This document shows positions 41,552-53,510 of a stretch of 64,000 bases of DNA, one piece after another. The translations under genes and the position numbers were made by a program. Source of the DNA: an uncultured Gemmatimonadales bacterium (lineage in GTDB: Bacteria > Gemmatimonadota > Gemmatimonadetes > Gemmatimonadales > GWC2-71-9); contig CAVYSW010000006.1 in the NCBI GenBank assembly GCA_963771275.1, forward strand, positions 64,001-128,000. Direction: 5' to 3'. Numbering within the stretch: position 1 is the stretch's first letter; every line of letters begins with the position of its first letter. The notes beneath the pieces were generated by a model. It was not told where the DNA came from, searched no databases, and saw only the letters and a program-made list of their open reading frames with translations.

Positions 41552-42292
41552 TCAGCTGATGTGGCCGGTCTGCGCGGCCGACTGGGCCTTGAATTCCTTC
41601 GTGAAGATCGAGCGGCCGAACTCGCTCCCCGCGTTCTTGATCAGGAAGTCGACCAACTCCTTCGACGTATAGGTCATCTCGACCGTCAGGTTGTCGATCT
41701 TCGTCTGGAAGTAGTTGTAGAACCACACCGCCGGAATGGCGACCATGAGGCCGAAGGCGGTCGTGATCAGCGCCTCGGCGATCCCGGCCGACACGGCGGC
41801 GAGGCCGCCCGAGCCGCTCGTGGCCATGCCGGTGAACGAGTTCACGATGCCCATGGTCGTGCCGAGCAGGCCGACGAACGGAGCCGTCGAGCCCACGGTC
41901 GCGAGAAAGCCCATGCCGCGCTTGAGCTCGGACTGGAGGATCAGCATTTGCCGATCGACCGCCCGCTCCGCGGAGTTGATGTCCTGCGACGTCATCGTGG
42001 CCCGGTCCTTCAGCAGCGGCTTGATCTCGACCAGCGCCTCACCGAGCACCCGCGCGACGTGCGAGACCTTCTGCTTCTCCGCGAGCTGAATGGCCTTCTC
42101 GAGCTGCTCCTCCTGGAGGAACCGCGCGAACTCGGGCGCGAACTTGCGCGTCTGGCGCATGCTCTTGCGGAACCGCCACCACTTGGCACCCGCGACGGTG
42201 AGCGAGATGATGGACATGATCGCGAGGATGAAGATGATGCCGCGCGCGAAGAGGCCTGCGGATGCCCAGAGGTCCAGCAGTGAGAGTTGCAT
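41552..42292 (-). CDS. exbB: ExbB/TolQ proton channel
   Basis: LATVGSTAPFVGLLGT; GIAEALITTAFGLMVAIPA. Confidence 0.92.
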   Translation of the reverse strand: MQLSLLDLWASAGLFARGIIFILAIMSIISLTVAGAKWWRFRKSMRQTRKFAPEFARFLQEEQLEKAIQLAEKQKVSHVARVLGEALVEIKPLLKDRATMTSQDINSAERAVDRQMLILQSELKRGMGFLATVGSTAPFVGLLGTTMGIVNSFTGMATSGSGGLAAVSAGIAEALITTAFGLMVAIPAVWFYNYFQTKIDNLTVEMTYTSKELVDFLIKNAGSEFGRSIFTKEFKAQSAAQTGHIS

Positions 42293-42367
42293 AACAGCGT
42301 CAGTCCTCCCTCAGACGGTACGGGTGCAGCGCGGATCGCCCCCGGGGCGCCGCGCCCTCGAGCTCCT

Positions 42368-43087
42368 CTAGCGGCTCTTGATGATGTTGAACACCACCGG
42401 CACTTCCACGAGCACGCGCACGGCCTGGCCGCGCATGCGTCCCGGCCGGTAGACCGAGCCGAGCACGGCATCGCGCGCCGGCCGCTCGAACGCCTTGTTG
42501 GTGGACCCGACGATCCGGACCGTCTCCGGCTCCGGATGGCCGTCCACGCCAATCACGACCTGGACCCGCACGGTGCCCTCGATTCCCGCGTCCTTGAGGA
42601 GCGGCGGGTAAGCGGGCTGCGGACCGGACAGCCGGATCGGCGCCTCATCGACGACCGCCTCGACGAATACCTGTGCCAGGTCCGTGGGCACCGGGCCGGT
42701 GCCACCTACCACGCCCTGCGCGATGCCGCCTTCGACGCCGACGCCGGAATAGTCGCGCGGGTCGAATCGCTCGTTGAGGTTGACGGGCGGGATTTCGGTC
42801 GGGATCTCGGTGACCACCACGACCGTCTGGAATCCCTGCGGGGGTGGCGTCAGCGAGGCCAGCTGCGGCTTCTCGGGCTCGGGCTCCGGTGGCTTGTCCT
42901 GCTGCTGCGTGAGGAAGACCAGGTTGGTATCGATCTGCGCATCCTGGACGGCCTCCCGGACCTTCATCGTCGCCATCACGGCGCCGTAGATCAGCGCGCC
43001 GTGGATCACCAGCGACATGAACGAGCTCGAGGCCGCGCCACCGATCTTCCGGCCCTTGGGATTGGACTCTACGAGGTTGTCGAACAC
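42368..43087 (-). CDS. tonB: Energy transducer TonB
   Basis: MFDNLVES; SLVIHG; YPPLLKDAGIEGTVRVQVVI. Confidence 0.88.
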   Translation of the reverse strand: MFDNLVESNPKGRKIGGAASSSFMSLVIHGALIYGAVMATMKVREAVQDAQIDTNLVFLTQQQDKPPEPEPEKPQLASLTPPPQGFQTVVVVTEIPTEIPPVNLNERFDPRDYSGVGVEGGIAQGVVGGTGPVPTDLAQVFVEAVVDEAPIRLSGPQPAYPPLLKDAGIEGTVRVQVVIGVDGHPEPETVRIVGSTNKAFERPARDAVLGSVYRPGRMRGQAVRVLVEVPVVFNIIKSR

Positions 43088-43265
43088 GTGTTCCTCCCGG
43101 ACGTGGTCAACTCTACGATGAAAATTACCCCGGCATGCGCTCCACCACCTCGCGCACGCGTGGGCGCGAGATTACAGGACGATAACAATCACATTACGGT
43201 CGAGCCCGCACGACCGCTTCGGCGGTCATCCTGTCGCCCCGACCGGTCCCAGCCGCCGAGCTGCT

Positions 43266-43979
43266 CTACCGCTCGATCGCGAACCGGATGGGCTGGTGGA
43301 TCAGCACGCGCACCGCTTCGCCCCGGATCCGGCCAGGCCGGAACAGGCACCCCATCATGGCCTCCCGAGCCGCCGGCTCGAACGCGCGGTTCGTGGCGTG
43401 CACGACGCGCAGCGTCTCGGGCTCGGGGCGCCCATGGGCGTCGATCACCACCTCGATGACGACCTCGCCGCCGACACCCGCGGCGCGCAGCAGCGGAGGG
43501 TAGCGCGGCGGCCGCGCCGAGAGCAGCACGGGAGGCTCGTCGAGCAGCGCCGGCACGAACACCTGGGCAATGGTCAGGGGCGCCGGGGCCGTGCCATCCG
43601 GGTCGCCGTCGGCGACGCCGCCCTCGCGCCCTCGTCCGAGGTAGTCGTTCGGGTTCCAGCGCGCGAGCGGGTCCACCGGCGGAATACCGTCGGGGATCTG
43701 GATGACCGGGATCACGGTCTGGTAGCCCACGCGTGGCCGCTCGAGCGGCGGGAGCGCGGGGGACGCGGCGCGGCGCGCCGGCTGCACCGGCGGCGGAAAC
43801 ACGACGGGGATCGTATCGACCACGGCGGCGCGAACCATCTCCTGCCCCTGCATCGTTGCGGCGACGGCGCCGCACACGAGCGCGCCGTGGACGGCCAGCG
43901 ACATCATCGAGCTCGGTGCCGCGTGGGCGAGCCGGCTCGTCAGGCGTCCGGATGCAACCAGCGTGGTGAACATGTCCAC
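43266..43979 (-). CDS. Second TonB paralog
   Basis: MFTTLVAS; SLAVHG; YPPLLRAAGVGGEV; co-linear with the adjacent TonB. Confidence 0.85.
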   Translation of the reverse strand: MDMFTTLVASGRLTSRLAHAAPSSMMSLAVHGALVCGAVAATMQGQEMVRAAVVDTIPVVFPPPVQPARRAASPALPPLERPRVGYQTVIPVIQIPDGIPPVDPLARWNPNDYLGRGREGGVADGDPDGTAPAPLTIAQVFVPALLDEPPVLLSARPPRYPPLLRAAGVGGEVVIEVVIDAHGRPEPETLRVVHATNRAFEPAAREAMMGCLFRPGRIRGEAVRVLIHQPIRFAIER

Positions 43980-44072
43980 CCCCGGCCAGAGTCCGGATCC
44001 ACGTTAGAACGGTCGGCGCAGGCGCGCTTGTCGCCCCGGTGGCCAGTCAATGACAGGAGGGTGACGGGCGGG

Positions 44073-45545
44073 TTACACGCCGTCGATTTCGGGAGGCGCA
44101 GGGGGCTCGAGCGGCAGCGTCACGACGAACGTGGTCCCGCGGCCCAAGCGACTCTCCACGGTGATCGTGCCCCCGTGCGCCTCCACGATCCACTTGGAGA
44201 TGGCGAGCCCGAGGCCGACCCCGCTGCGCTCGCCGGTGCGACTGCGGGCCGGATCGGCGCGCCAGAACCGGTCGAAGATGTGCGGCAGGTCGCCGGGCCC
44301 GATCCCGATGCCGGTGTCGCGCACCGAGATCGCGACCTCGTGTTCCCGGAACTCGGACTGGATCGCGACCGTTCCGCCTGAGGGCGTGTACTTGATGGCG
44401 TTGGTGAGTAGGTTCATCAGCAGCTGGCGCATGCGGTTGCGATCGGCGCCCAGCATCACGGGGTGACCGGGCGTGTCGACGGTCACGTCCACCGCGGCCT
44501 GCTCGCCAAGCAGGCTCGCGGTCTCCGACACCTCCGCCAGGAGCTCCCGCAGGTCGATGGGTTCGAGGTGGAGCGGGGCCCGGCCTTCGTCGGCGCGGGC
44601 CAGCATCAGCAGCGCATCAACCGTCTCCGCCATCCGGTTCACTTCCGCCAGCGTCTCGTCCAGCACCTCCATCACCTCGGGGGTGACGCGCGGGTGGGTG
44701 ATGGCGCGCTCGATCCCCGAGCGGAGCACGGTGAGCGGCGTCTTGAGCTCGTGGCTCGCGTCCGCCGTGAAGCGCCGCAGCGCCTGAAAGCTCCGCTCGA
44801 GGCGGCCCAGCATCTCGTTCAGCGTGCGGGACAGGCGGGCCAGCTCGTCCCCGGTGTCGGGCGACGCGAGGCGCTTGTGGAGGCTCCGGCCGTCGGAGAT
44901 CGCCTCCACCTCGTCCACGATGCCGTCGACGGGCTTCAGGGTGCGGCCCGCCAGGAGGTAGCCGATCAGCGTCGACGCCAGCAGGATGAGCGGCGCAACG
45001 GCCAGCATGACGTAGACCAGGTGCCGGGGGGCAATCACGATGCCCGCCGTGGACACGGCGGACAGCACGGCCGCGATCTGCTCGCCCGCGCCGGTCACCG
45101 GCCGGGCGTAGTAGCGGACCAGCCCGACAGGCGCCCCGAGATCGGCGGTGCCGACGCCCGCCGCCGAGTCCGCGCGGAAGACGGGATTCAGCAACAGCAG
45201 CAGCTGGGCGTACCGCAGGGCCCGGGCGTCGGCCGACAGATGGAGCACGTCGCCGTCGGGACCCACGAGCACGACGAAGCCCGGGATCCCCTCGAGAAAC
45301 GGGCTCACCTCCGATGCGAGCACGGGACGGCCCGTCCGCCGGTCCGTGACCACCAGCGCGCCGCGGGCCCGGTAGGCCTCGCTCAACGTCGCCGCGATGA
45401 GGTTCGCCTCGAGGCGCGCGCGATCGTCCAGCTCGCCCAGGTTCTCGCGCCGCTGCACGAGGTAGATGACGAGCGCGAAGACGAACATCGTCCCGGCGAG
45501 CGCCACGGCGTAGGAGGCCGCGAGCCGGCCGCGAATCGTGCGCAT
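44073..45545 (-). CDS. HAMP sensor histidine kinase (OmpR-partner type)
   Basis: Two TM segments; HAMP; DASHELKTPL; NLLTNAIKY; GLGLAI. Confidence 0.92.
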   Translation of the reverse strand: MRTIRGRLAASYAVALAGTMFVFALVIYLVQRRENLGELDDRARLEANLIAATLSEAYRARGALVVTDRRTGRPVLASEVSPFLEGIPGFVVLVGPDGDVLHLSADARALRYAQLLLLLNPVFRADSAAGVGTADLGAPVGLVRYYARPVTGAGEQIAAVLSAVSTAGIVIAPRHLVYVMLAVAPLILLASTLIGYLLAGRTLKPVDGIVDEVEAISDGRSLHKRLASPDTGDELARLSRTLNEMLGRLERSFQALRRFTADASHELKTPLTVLRSGIERAITHPRVTPEVMEVLDETLAEVNRMAETVDALLMLARADEGRAPLHLEPIDLRELLAEVSETASLLGEQAAVDVTVDTPGHPVMLGADRNRMRQLLMNLLTNAIKYTPSGGTVAIQSEFREHEVAISVRDTGIGIGPGDLPHIFDRFWRADPARSRTGERSGVGLGLAISKWIVEAHGGTITVESRLGRGTTFVVTLPLEPPAPPEIDGV

Positions 45546-46214
45546 CTAGTCCTTCATCACGTAGCCGACGCCGCGCACCGTATGGATGAGCTTGTGGGAG
45601 AACCCCTGGTCGACCTTCTTGCGCAGCCGGTTGATCACGACGTCGACCACGTTGGTGCCGGGATCGAAGTGGTAGCCCCAGGCGTACTCGGTGATCAGCG
45701 TCCGCGACATCACGCGCCCGCGGTTCCGCGCGAGGTACTCCAGCACCGCGTATTCCTTCGGCGTGACGTCGAGCGGCCGTCCGGCCCGGCGGATCTCCCG
45801 GCTGGCGGTGTCGATCTCGAGGTCGGCGACCTTGAGGGTGGGCGGCGCGATCGCCTTCGGGCGCCGGGCCACGGCCTCGACCCGCGCGAGCAGCTCCTCG
45901 AAGGCGAACGGCTTGGTGACGTAGTCGTCCGCCCCGGTCCGCAGCGCCTGGACCTTCGACTCGACCGCGTCCTGGGCCGTGAGCACGAGCACCGGTGTCG
46001 TGACCCCGCGATCCCGCAGCGTGCGCAGCACCTCGACCCCGGAGAGCGACGGGAGGCGCAGGTCCAGCACGATCAGGTCGAACTCGCCCGCCGTCGCCCG
46101 CTCGAGACCTTCCCGCCCGTCACCCACCAGCTCCACCTGCATGCCCTGCTCCTCCAGGCCCCGCATGACGAACTGTCCAACCGTGCGATCGTCCTCGACC
46201 ACCAGGACCCTCAC
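45546..46214 (-). CDS. OmpR-family response regulator
   Basis: VVEDD, LDLRLP, GADDYVTKPF, TVRGVGY. Confidence 0.94.
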   Translation of the reverse strand: MRVLVVEDDRTVGQFVMRGLEEQGMQVELVGDGREGLERATAGEFDLIVLDLRLPSLSGVEVLRTLRDRGVTTPVLVLTAQDAVESKVQALRTGADDYVTKPFAFEELLARVEAVARRPKAIAPPTLKVADLEIDTASREIRRAGRPLDVTPKEYAVLEYLARNRGRVMSRTLITEYAWGYHFDPGTNVVDVVINRLRKKVDQGFSHKLIHTVRGVGYVMKD

Positions 46215-47776
46215 GCGTCCTCCTTCACCTGGAAGACCGGCAGGATGACCCGGAAGGTGGAGCCGGATCCGACCTTCGAATCCACCACGATGCGGCCGCC
46301 GTGGTGCTGCACGATGGCGTAGGCGATCGAGAGCCCGAGGCCCGTGCCCTGGCCGGGAGCCTTGGTGGTGAAGAACGGCTCGAAGATCTTCGCGATGTCC
46401 TCGCGGGGAATGCCCATCCCGGTATCGGCGATCTCGATCCAGACTTCGTCGCCGCGCGCGGGACTCAGGCGCGTTGCGACGGCCAGCGTGCCGCGGCCGT
46501 CCATCGCGTCGATCGCGTTCAACATGAGATCGAGGAACACCTGCATGAGCTGCTCGGCGTTGGCCTCGACGGGCGGCAGGTCCTCGGTGATGCGGCGGTC
46601 GAGCGTGATGCGCTTGAACCGGTCGTGGTGCCGCAGCAGGAACAGCGCGTCCTCGACGACCTGGTTCACCTGCACCGGGTACTTGGCCCGCCCCTTGGGC
46701 CGCGAGAAGTCGAGCAGGCCATCCACGATGGACTTGCAGCGGCTCAGCTCCGACTCGACGATGTCGAGGTACTCCGTGACGGTCTGGCGCGGCGCCGCGG
46801 GCACCTCGGCCATGCGGGAGGTCAGGGCTTCCACGCAGGCACCAATGGTCGCCAGGGGGTTGTTCAGCTCGTGCATCACCCCGGCCGCGAGCTGCCCCAC
46901 CGCGGCGAGCTTCTCGGTCTGCGAGATCTGCTGCTGGGCGAGCTTGGATTCGGTCACGTCTTCGCCGATCGTGATCACGTGGGTCACGTGCTCGTCGTGC
47001 AGCCGCATCGGGATCTTCGAGATGCGGTAGTAGCGGGGCCCGCCCCGCGTGTCGGTCGAGACCTCGACCTCTTCGATCTGCCCGGTCTCGAACACGCGGT
47101 CGAACTCCTGCTGCAGCAGCGCCCGGGGCTGGCGGTGCAGCACCTCGAACACGGTCCGGCCGAGCGCGTCATCGCGCGACACTCCCTGGGTACCGGTTTC
47201 GCGCTTGCGGTTCCAGGCCTGAATGCGGTACAGCCGGTCGATCACGTAGAGGCCGACGGGCAGCGAATCGATGATGCGGCTGGTGAAGCGCCGCTGCGAC
47301 TCGATTTCGCGCGTCCGCAGGGCGACCTCGCTCGCCAGGTCCTCGGACAGCGCGATGGTCGACAACAAGGGGGCGAGGATGTTCGCGACCGTGCCGACCA
47401 CCTGGCCCCACACCTGGAGGTCGCTCTCGTCGCGCACGTAGCACTCGAGCAGGCCCAGCCGCTCGCCCTGGTAGACGAGCGGGGCCAGCAGCCACGGCTG
47501 CTGCCGGGTCCATGGCGGCAGGTGCTCCAGCGCCACCAGCGCCGCGATCTCCGCCTCGGAGCGCCGGGCGACCGGCGCGTCGGGTGGGCCAAACGGGCGG
47601 AACGACACGCCATCCGGCGCCCGCACCCACACGCAGCACTCCTCGGCGCCGACGCCGCGCCGCAGGGCCCCCGCAATGCCCACCAACGCGTCCTCGACGC
47701 CGATCGAGCCGCCGAGGAAGCCGGCGACCTCGGCCATGACCCCAAGTGCCGCCCGCGATGCCGTGTCCTCAGGCAT
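46211..47776 (-). CDS. GAF/PAS cytoplasmic histidine kinase (NtrB-like)
   Basis: [35 protein letters not shown]. Confidence 0.9.
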   Translation of the reverse strand: MPEDTASRAALGVMAEVAGFLGGSIGVEDALVGIAGALRRGVGAEECCVWVRAPDGVSFRPFGPPDAPVARRSEAEIAALVALEHLPPWTRQQPWLLAPLVYQGERLGLLECYVRDESDLQVWGQVVGTVANILAPLLSTIALSEDLASEVALRTREIESQRRFTSRIIDSLPVGLYVIDRLYRIQAWNRKRETGTQGVSRDDALGRTVFEVLHRQPRALLQQEFDRVFETGQIEEVEVSTDTRGGPRYYRISKIPMRLHDEHVTHVITIGEDVTESKLAQQQISQTEKLAAVGQLAAGVMHELNNPLATIGACVEALTSRMAEVPAAPRQTVTEYLDIVESELSRCKSIVDGLLDFSRPKGRAKYPVQVNQVVEDALFLLRHHDRFKRITLDRRITEDLPPVEANAEQLMQVFLDLMLNAIDAMDGRGTLAVATRLSPARGDEVWIEIADTGMGIPREDIAKIFEPFFTTKAPGQGTGLGLSIAYAIVQHHGGRIVVDSKVGSGSTFRVILPVFQVKEDA

Positions 47777-47826
47777 CGGCCCCTCCGGCGGCGAGGGCTA
47801 CACGGCGCAGCATGTTCGCTCCTCGG

Positions 47827-48975
47827 TTAGCGCACGACCCGGCGGACAACGTAGCCGCCTGAGTCACTCACAAAGACCAGCCGTCCCACGGCGGCCACTC
47901 CCGCGGGGCCCGCGATGCCCGTCGCCCCGATCGGCTGGAGGTCGGCACCCGGCGTGGCCACACCGGTGCCGCCGAATGTGTCGAGCGAATCCGGCCCCAC
48001 CCGAATGATACGCACCCGCTGGTTGCCGCGATCGGCCACCAGCAGCAGGGTCCCGACGACCGCCAGATGACCGGGCGCGTCGAACAGGGCGGCCTGCGCG
48101 GCGCCGCGATCGCCCGCGAAGCCGGCCGCGCCGAGGCCTGCATAGGCGAAGATCGTGTCACGGATCACCCGCCGGATGCGGTTGGTCCCGCCATCGGCGA
48201 TGTACAGAGTGTCGCCCATCCAGGCCAGCCCGGCGGGCCCCAGCAGCGTCGCGGCCCGTGCCGGCCCGCCGTCTCCCGCATCCCCCCGCGCATCGCCGCC
48301 CGCCACGACCGTGACCGAGCCATCCACCTCGATCCGGACGACACGGCCGTTGCCGCGCTCGGCGACGTACACCAGGTCGGCAGGGCCGAGCGTGACGGCG
48401 GCGGGGCGGTCGGTCGGGGCCGCCTGGGCCACTGCGCCGTCGCTCGCCCGGCCGGGCTGGCCCGTCCCGAGCACGACGCCCACCCGTCCGGCGGCGGGGT
48501 CGTAGCGGTACACGCGGTGTCCGCTTTCGTCGGCTATCACCAACGTGCCGTCGTGCGCCAGCGCGACGCCGTCCGGCCCCGCGAGACACACGGTGGTCGG
48601 GTCGCCCGACCCGGGACCGGGGTCGGCGCACGCTCCCCTGCCCACCCGCCACTCGAGGTGCCCGTCCGGGGCCACGTAGCCAACGCGGCGCCGGAGCCGG
48701 TCGGCGAAGTAGAAGCTGCCATCGTCGAGCGCGGCCAATCCGGCCGGCATCCCGAGCGGGATGTCGAGGGCGTCTCCCGGGCCGGCGGTGTCAGGGAAAC
48801 TCACGACGTAGGGGACGCCCAGCACGCCGGCCACGACGCGCGCCACGCCGGGAGCGTCACCCACCAGAACCTCGGTCGGACCGCACGCGGAGGCCAGCAG
48901 GAGCGGCAGGAGCGGCAGCAGCGGCCGCGCCGACGGCGGTCGGGACGTCTGGTCGCGCGGCACGCGGCCCCTCAT
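47827..48975 (-). CDS. NHL-repeat beta-propeller lipoprotein
   Basis: Lipobox ASAC; repeated P.GVA..DG.LYIAD..N.RIRR units; GDGGPA. Confidence 0.82.
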   Translation of the reverse strand: MRGRVPRDQTSRPPSARPLLPLLPLLLASACGPTEVLVGDAPGVARVVAGVLGVPYVVSFPDTAGPGDALDIPLGMPAGLAALDDGSFYFADRLRRRVGYVAPDGHLEWRVGRGACADPGPGSGDPTTVCLAGPDGVALAHDGTLVIADESGHRVYRYDPAAGRVGVVLGTGQPGRASDGAVAQAAPTDRPAAVTLGPADLVYVAERGNGRVVRIEVDGSVTVVAGGDARGDAGDGGPARAATLLGPAGLAWMGDTLYIADGGTNRIRRVIRDTIFAYAGLGAAGFAGDRGAAQAALFDAPGHLAVVGTLLLVADRGNQRVRIIRVGPDSLDTFGGTGVATPGADLQPIGATGIAGPAGVAAVGRLVFVSDSGGYVVRRVVR

Positions 48976-49012
48976 TGACAGTCGATCCCCCCGGGTTCCT
49001 CTTTCGGCGTCA

Positions 49013-51754
49013 ATGTCGCCGACTCTCCGGCATCTCGCAACGGCGCTGCTCGCGCTCGCCCCGACCCTGCCGCTTCCCGCTCAGACGACCGGCCAGATCG
49101 TCGGGCGGGTGGTGAGCGCCCGCGACACCGCGCCGGTCCGGAGTGTGCGGGTGATCGCCGTGGGATCGGGCGGGGATTCGACGGTTGCGGCGACGACTGG
49201 TGCCGACGGGCAGTTCGTGCTGATCGGGCTGGCACCCGGGACCTACCAGGTCGTCGCCCGGAGCCTCGGCTTCCGGCCCGCCGAGGTGCTCGGCGTGATC
49301 GTGCGCTCGGGGACGAGCACGCGGCTGGCCGTGAGCCTGGAGCCCGCCGCCATCGAGCTGGCGCCGATCCCCGTGGTGGCGGCGGAGCGGCCGCTGCTCA
49401 CGCCGGACGTCACCGCGTCACGCCAGGTGGTGAGCCGCGACGAGCTGCAGGCCGCGCCCGTGCAGGACATCGCCCAAATCCTGGAACTGCGCACCGGGGT
49501 GTCCGACGGGCATTTTCGCGGCGGCCGGATCGGGCAGGAGTCCTATGTGATCGACGGCGTGGACGTGAAGGACCAGTTCGCGGCGTCGCGCAACGGGATC
49601 GCGTTTCAGCTCGCGCCGTCGGCGGTGCAGGAGATGAACGTCTTCACGTCGGGGTTCTCCGCCGACCAGCCAAGCGCGGTGAGCGGGGTCGTGACGCTCG
49701 TCTCGCGCAGCGGACCGCGCGACCGGTGGTTCGGGCGGGTCGAGGGCGTCACCGACGAGGCGGCACCGGCATCGCTCGCGCGCGGCTACGTACGACTCGG
49801 CGGAACCGCGGGCGGGCCCCTGCTCCACGGGGCAACGGCTTTCCTCGACCTCTCCCTCATCGGCCGCGCCGACCAGGACCCGCGGGTGCACGGCCTCACG
49901 TGCCTGGCCGTGGACTTCCCATGCCCGGCCGAGCGGGCCATCATCCCGCACCACGCCGGTGACCAGTATTTCGCGTTCGGGCGCCTCGACGTGCCGCTGG
50001 GGGAGCAGTTCGCCGCCCTGCTGTCGGTGAGCCGGAACCGCGACCAGCACGAGCTGTACTCGACCCGGTTCAAGTACGCGCTGAGCGGGTATCTCGCGGA
50101 GCGGGAGACCGCGACGCTGGCGACGATGCAGCTGGCCGGGACGTTCCGCGCGAACGCGGCGCGCGCGATCCGGCTGAGCACACGCCTGTCGCTGGGTCGC
50201 GTGGACCGGTACCTCGGCGTCCCCGACACGATCCAGCCCGGGCGGATTGGCCGGTTCCTGCTTGGGGACCTGCGGTTCCGCGGCGAGGACGTGGTGCGCA
50301 GCGCGGCGGCCGAGCAGATCGGGACGGGCCGCACGCTACCCGGCTACACGGCCCCGTCGGATTCCGGCCTCGGGAGCCCGTACGGCATCCTCGGCGCGGA
50401 TCTGTTCGTCACCGACGGCACGAGCGGCATCGCCGAATGGACGCGCAGCGACTTCGCCGACCTGCGCGTCGACCTCCAGACGCTCGTGTCCCCGCAGCAC
50501 GACCTCAAGGTGGGTGGGGACTTCCGGCTCTACCGCATCGCGGCGTACCAGCACGTGCACGCCGGGCTCACGGGAGCCGCGCCGAGCTTCGTGCAGTTCT
50601 ACCCGCGCACGGCGGCCGCCTGGGTTCACAGCACGCTGTACACGCTGGACGCCGCCACCGTCGATCTGGGCGTGCGGCTCGAGGCGTTCCAGCCACGCCT
50701 GATAGCGCCCCAGGACCGACGCGATCTCTCGGCGCCGACCGAGACGACCCGCTGGAACGTGATCGTGCACCCGCGCATCGGGTTCGCGATGCCGCTCCAG
50801 GTGCTCGGCCTGGATCGAGCCGCGGTCCACTGGAATTTCGGCCGCTTCTCGCAGCCCCCGGACTTCCAGTTCTTCTTCGATCAGGCGCTGGACGACTCGC
50901 TCAACACCGCCGTGCGGCGTCAGGGAAATCCGCACCTCGGCTTCGAGAGAGCCACCCAGTACGAGGCGGGTCTCGACTACCTGCTGGGGAGCGACGTCGT
51001 GCTCCGCGCCACCGGGTTCCTCAAGGACCTCACCGCCATCACGACCAGCGGGATCGTGATCGCCTCACAGGGCCAGACGTTCACCAATCTCGATTTCGGA
51101 CGCGTGCAGGGGCTCGAGGTGCGGCTCGAGGGGCGGCTCGACCGGGGGCGCCGGTTCGAGCTGGGGTACGCGTTGCAGCGGGCCGTCGGCGTGGCGTCCA
51201 CCGCGTTCGACTCGACCCCCGGGGGCACGGACAGCACGGGCCGGGTCGAGCTGCCGCTGCAGTTCGATCGGCGGCACAGCATCGACCTCAACCTGTACTG
51301 GCAGCTCCCCGCCGGATTTCGCATCGCGGTAAGCGGCACGGCCGGATCGGGCTACCCGGTGCCCGGCGCTTCCGAACGCCGCCTGCCGTGGACGGTGGCG
51401 CTCGCCGGCCGGCTGGCGCGCGAGTGGCGGTGGGGCGCGCGCGCCGTCCGGGTGATGCTCGAGGGTCGCAACCTCCTGAACCACGCCAACCTTCAGACGG
51501 CGCGCGAGGGAGGGGGCGTCGTGCCCGACGTGGCGGCGTTGGGGGCGCGCGCGGTGCAGGAGACGAGCGGGGCCACGCCGATTCCCCATGAGTCACCGCT
51601 CTACCTGCCCGGGTTCGACGCCAATCACGACGGCTTCCTCGATGCCGGGGAGCAGACCGCCGCCCGGCGCGCCGCCCTGCTCGACTACTACGAGCCCACG
51701 CTGTTGTACGGCGAAGCCAGGCAGATCAGGGTTGGGGTCGAGATCGTGTTCTGA
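49013..51754 (+). CDS. TonB-dependent receptor with CarboxypepD_reg-like N-terminal domain
   Basis: Signal peptide; TTGQIVGRV; plug HFRGGR..YVIDG; GNPHL..E; ends RQIRVGVEIVF. Confidence 0.88.
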   Translation: MSPTLRHLATALLALAPTLPLPAQTTGQIVGRVVSARDTAPVRSVRVIAVGSGGDSTVAATTGADGQFVLIGLAPGTYQVVARSLGFRPAEVLGVIVRSGTSTRLAVSLEPAAIELAPIPVVAAERPLLTPDVTASRQVVSRDELQAAPVQDIAQILELRTGVSDGHFRGGRIGQESYVIDGVDVKDQFAASRNGIAFQLAPSAVQEMNVFTSGFSADQPSAVSGVVTLVSRSGPRDRWFGRVEGVTDEAAPASLARGYVRLGGTAGGPLLHGATAFLDLSLIGRADQDPRVHGLTCLAVDFPCPAERAIIPHHAGDQYFAFGRLDVPLGEQFAALLSVSRNRDQHELYSTRFKYALSGYLAERETATLATMQLAGTFRANAARAIRLSTRLSLGRVDRYLGVPDTIQPGRIGRFLLGDLRFRGEDVVRSAAAEQIGTGRTLPGYTAPSDSGLGSPYGILGADLFVTDGTSGIAEWTRSDFADLRVDLQTLVSPQHDLKVGGDFRLYRIAAYQHVHAGLTGAAPSFVQFYPRTAAAWVHSTLYTLDAATVDLGVRLEAFQPRLIAPQDRRDLSAPTETTRWNVIVHPRIGFAMPLQVLGLDRAAVHWNFGRFSQPPDFQFFFDQALDDSLNTAVRRQGNPHLGFERATQYEAGLDYLLGSDVVLRATGFLKDLTAITTSGIVIASQGQTFTNLDFGRVQGLEVRLEGRLDRGRRFELGYALQRAVGVASTAFDSTPGGTDSTGRVELPLQFDRRHSIDLNLYWQLPAGFRIAVSGTAGSGYPVPGASERRLPWTVALAGRLAREWRWGARAVRVMLEGRNLLNHANLQTAREGGGVVPDVAALGARAVQETSGATPIPHESPLYLPGFDANHDGFLDAGEQTAARRAALLDYYEPTLLYGEARQIRVGVEIVF

Positions 51755-51756
51755 GA

Positions 51757-51825
51757 GGAAACGGGAACCGGAAAACGGGAAACGTGAAACCGGACCCCGT
51801 TTCCCGTTTCCCCCTTCCCGCCTTT
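51757..51825. repeat. Heptamer repeats in inverted arrangement
   Basis: About 5 GGAAACG-like units, then about 3-4 CGTTTCC-like units (reverse complement). Confidence 0.7.
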
Positions 51826-51859
51826 ATATTGCATCTCCCAGCACAACTTGGAGGCATAC

Positions 51860-52468
<609 letters not shown>

Positions 52469-52480
52469 GGGTTGAGGGTC

Positions 52481-52515
52481 AGCCGTTGGCGGTCGGCGGT
52501 TGGCGGTTGACCGTG
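52481..52515 (+). repeat. Heptamer tandem repeat (GGCGGTY-like)
   Basis: AGCCGTT GGCGGTC GGCGGTT GGCGGTT GACCGTG. Confidence 0.55.
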
Positions 52516-52632
52516 GGAGGTGGTGTCTCCAGGGGTGCCACCTCCCGCGTCGTTCCGGGGAACCCCGTCGCCTCGTTGCTTTTTCGGCGCGAAGCTTGTA
52601 TAAAGCCTTGCGAAACCGCCGGTTAGGACACC

Positions 52633-53382
52633 ATGGAAACCACGCTCCGCAGTATCCCGCTGTTCTCGCAGCTACGCGAGTCGGACCTGTGGCGCATTCG
52701 CGAGGCAACGGTCAGCAGGTCCTACCCGAAGGACAGCATCATCCTGTTCGAGGGCGAGCAGGCTGAGGCGCTCTACGTCGTGCTGTCGGGCCGCGTGAAG
52801 GTCGTCTACGTGTCCGAGGACGGTCGCGAGGTCATCCTGGGCACGCGGGACAAGAGCGATTTCTTCGGGGAAACGGCGCTGCTGGACGAGCTGCCCAACC
52901 CGGCGCACGTGATCGCGATGCAGGACACCGAGCTGCTGGTGCTGCGGCGCGAGGAGTTCCGGCGCTGTCTGAACGAGATGCCGGGGGTGAGCCTCGGATT
53001 GCTGCGGGCACTGTCCCGCCGGCTGCGGTCGCAGGACGACACGATCCGCGGGCTCGTACTGCTGGACGTGCGGGGGCGTGTCGCGCGGCTGATTCTGGAT
53101 CTGGCCGAGCGCAACGACGGCAGCGCGGTGCCCAAGGGGATCACGCACAACCTCATCGCCCAGATGGTGGGTGCGAGTCGGGAGACCGTGTCGCGCACGC
53201 TGCGCGAGCTGACGACGGAGGGGCTGCTTCAGGTCACCGGGCGGCGCATCGCGGTGGCCAACCGCCCCGCGCTCGCCGCGGCCGCTCAGCTCGAGCCCGT
53301 GACCCGGTACGAGCCGGCCCCGCCGGTGGCGGTGGGGCAGCCGTTTGCGCGACGGGCGACGGACGCGGCGGCGGGATCATAG
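52633..53382 (+). CDS. Crp/Fnr-family transcriptional regulator
   Basis: cNMP domain [25 protein letters not shown]. Confidence 0.92.
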   Translation: METTLRSIPLFSQLRESDLWRIREATVSRSYPKDSIILFEGEQAEALYVVLSGRVKVVYVSEDGREVILGTRDKSDFFGETALLDELPNPAHVIAMQDTELLVLRREEFRRCLNEMPGVSLGLLRALSRRLRSQDDTIRGLVLLDVRGRVARLILDLAERNDGSAVPKGITHNLIAQMVGASRETVSRTLRELTTEGLLQVTGRRIAVANRPALAAAAQLEPVTRYEPAPPVAVGQPFARRATDAAAGS

Positions 53383-53407
53383 GGGAGCCTGCCGGGCACC
53401 AGGGGAT

Positions 53408-53436
53408 GGCGGGCCGCCTCGGGGCGGCCCGTTTTG
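53408..53436 (+). terminator. Intrinsic terminator after the crp-like gene
   Basis: GGCGGGCCGCC-loop-GGCGGCCCGTTTT. Confidence 0.65.
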
Positions 53437-53510
53437 CGTCAGGCGTCCGCGGCCGTGGGGCAATCCAGCCGGCCCGGGGTATACCGATGGACCCTCTTCG
53501 GAACGACCTC